NCBI GenBank assembly: GCA_965112735.1
Contig: OZ218951.1
Span: 2,418,001 to 2,482,000, forward strand
DNA length: 64,000 bases
DNA from: Phaeosaccion multiseriatum
Lineage: Eukaryota > Protista > Ochrophyta, other classes
Direction: 5' to 3'
Shown here piece after piece: positions 62,605 to 64,000 of the stretch. The first letter of the stretch is position 1. The number at the start of each line of letters is the position of its first letter. Below the pieces are notes generated by a model, which was not told where the DNA came from, ran no database searches, and saw only the letters and a program-made list of their open reading frames with translations. The position numbers were made by a program, and so were the translations under genes.

Positions 62605-63744
62605 TCAATCTTCGCAGTCGCAGGGGTGGCCATTGGCGTGCACCCACCGCTTAATCTCCTCGAACGTATCATCTCTCCCGCCATCCCAACAACCAAGGCA
62701 TAGTAGCTCCTCCGGGCATGACACCGCGCTCCAAGGACACATGACGCTCTCGGATCGCAGCCACTGCAAAGTCGGTAGGCTCTTTCCCTTCATGACAGCA
62801 CCGCCGCAAACAAGGCTTGTCCACTCACAGAGATGGCGAGCGTTTGCATGCAGCCAGCGCAGCACCTCCAGCTGTCCCCGTCCCGCAGCATGAAAAGCCC
62901 CCAATCGCCACCTGCCGCCTTCCCCTGCCGCTTCCATCTCTGGCCTAACCCTGGGATGATTCACGACCATTTCCAGCACATTGATTTGTCCCATAAGCGC
63001 AGCCGCCGTCCAGACATTCGGGCAAAACGGGGCGTTGGCCTCATCCGACAGCAGCCACGTTAGCATATCCACATCCCCTCTCCTTGCAGCTGCAGCACAG
63101 ATTCCCTCGGCCCACGGACACGGTCTCTTCTTGTCAGACCCTTCGGAGCGAAGCCACTTGAGAATGCCCAGACCGTGCTTCTTGGTATTCTGAGCAGCAG
63201 CTTCACACACTGTCTCATCCCATGGACAGCCGTAGTGATGGAGGGCCTTGCACATGCTCACATCTCCCCACCTCGCCGCATCTACAAACGTTTCCATGCG
63301 CAGCTCTATGTAGCTATGCACGATGGCCCAGTTGAGGCACTCCACAGAATTGAAGACGCTGTGGGGAAGAGAGGTTTTCAACCCGGGATGGGCAATGCTG
63401 TACAGCCTCCTCCAATCCTTGCTCACCCCCGCGACGAAGAGGTGCTTCCCCCCACCCACAATGCCCATGACCTTCAGCATCGTGTCCTTCAGACCCAGCA
63501 CCTTGGCATGGGGTGAAGGCTCATCCTCGTTTGGGCCATCCTGAGCAGCAGCACCACCAGCAGCAGCAGCAGCAGCAGCAGAGGATGCAGAGGGGGCACC
63601 TGATGGAGAGGCAGACGCAGCAGCTGCCGGTCCTTGACGTCGGGCACGTTTGGTGGCCATGGGCTCTTCTACTCGCCGCCGCTTGATGCTTCCTGGCACC
63701 ATGATGTCCCTCTTCACAAGTTGGTTCTCGAGAGTCGTCGACAA
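62605..63744 (-). CDS. Intronless F-box-like + divergent ankyrin-repeat protein, paralog of 31995-33242
   Basis: Shares VAGVSKDWRRLYS, AARWGDxSxC, KRPCPW, NHPRVR, WRLGA, LEVLRWLHA and WVHANGHPCDCED* with the other copy. The ORF track start is TTG; the first ATG is at 63702. Confidence 0.82.
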   Translation of the reverse strand: MSTTLENQLVKRDIMVPGSIKRRRVEEPMATKRARRQGPAAAASASPSGAPSASSAAAAAAAGGAAAQDGPNEDEPSPHAKVLGLKDTMLKVMGIVGGGKHLFVAGVSKDWRRLYSIAHPGLKTSLPHSVFNSVECLNWAIVHSYIELRMETFVDAARWGDVSMCKALHHYGCPWDETVCEAAAQNTKKHGLGILKWLRSEGSDKKRPCPWAEGICAAAARRGDVDMLTWLLSDEANAPFCPNVWTAAALMGQINVLEMVVNHPRVRPEMEAAGEGGRWRLGAFHAAGRGQLEVLRWLHANARHLCEWTSLVCGGAVMKGKSLPTLQWLRSESVMCPWSAVSCPEELLCLGCWDGGRDDTFEEIKRWVHANGHPCDCED

Positions 63745-64000
63745 TCAAGGGGGGACAGGGGGGGTGATCTGGAAAGGAAAAAATAAAAATATTCCTTGTT
63801 CCATTACCAGGGAGCAGTAAGCTGTGCCGCGAAGCTTCCAGGGCCTCGTGTAGAGAGAGAAGTGAAGCCATGGCCGAGGAGAGCACTAAGCGGCGACGAG
63901 GAGCTTCCAGGGCCTCTTCTGTGCGGGGGGGGAACAGTGCACCCTCTAACGCGGAGGAGCCGCGTGCCAAGGTATTGGCTCTGGAGGTCACGATGCTGAA

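Overview
Eukaryotic, GC-rich, intron-dense and microsatellite-laden genomic DNA. An LCIB/theta-carbonic anhydrase suggests a microalga, possibly a stramenopile, but the taxon is not determinable here. Most short ORFs in the track are artefacts of simple repeats or introns. By manual splicing (GT-AG) I reconstruct 15 protein-coding genes, 12 of them in six head-to-head pairs. They are: a PH/ankyrin/EF-hand protein, a BAT2/PRRC2-like Q/G-rich protein, a DUF1749 hydrolase, a single-TM protein, a GPI-type YHYH protein, a class I methyltransferase, TRM8/METTL1, LCIB, two intronless F-box-like/ankyrin paralogs, a type II membrane PPC-like protein, an SthA-like flavoprotein, RPL7A, an apparently catalytically dead Y-family polymerase-like protein, and a 15-exon megasynthase. 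The best candidates for something new are four. (1) The megasynthase FAAL-ACP-KS-ACP fused to a Pls/PosA-type membrane terminal region, with no AT or TE domain. (2) A non-autonomous transposon family with 19-bp TIRs, 6-bp TSDs and internal TAATCAG arrays; one copy is composite and carries a ~665-bp (TCCC)n tract. (3) The ImuB-like dead polymerase with a UBZ-like finger. (4) Microexons of 4 and 13 nt that are needed to restore conserved motifs. All exon models are hand-derived and unverified by transcripts.
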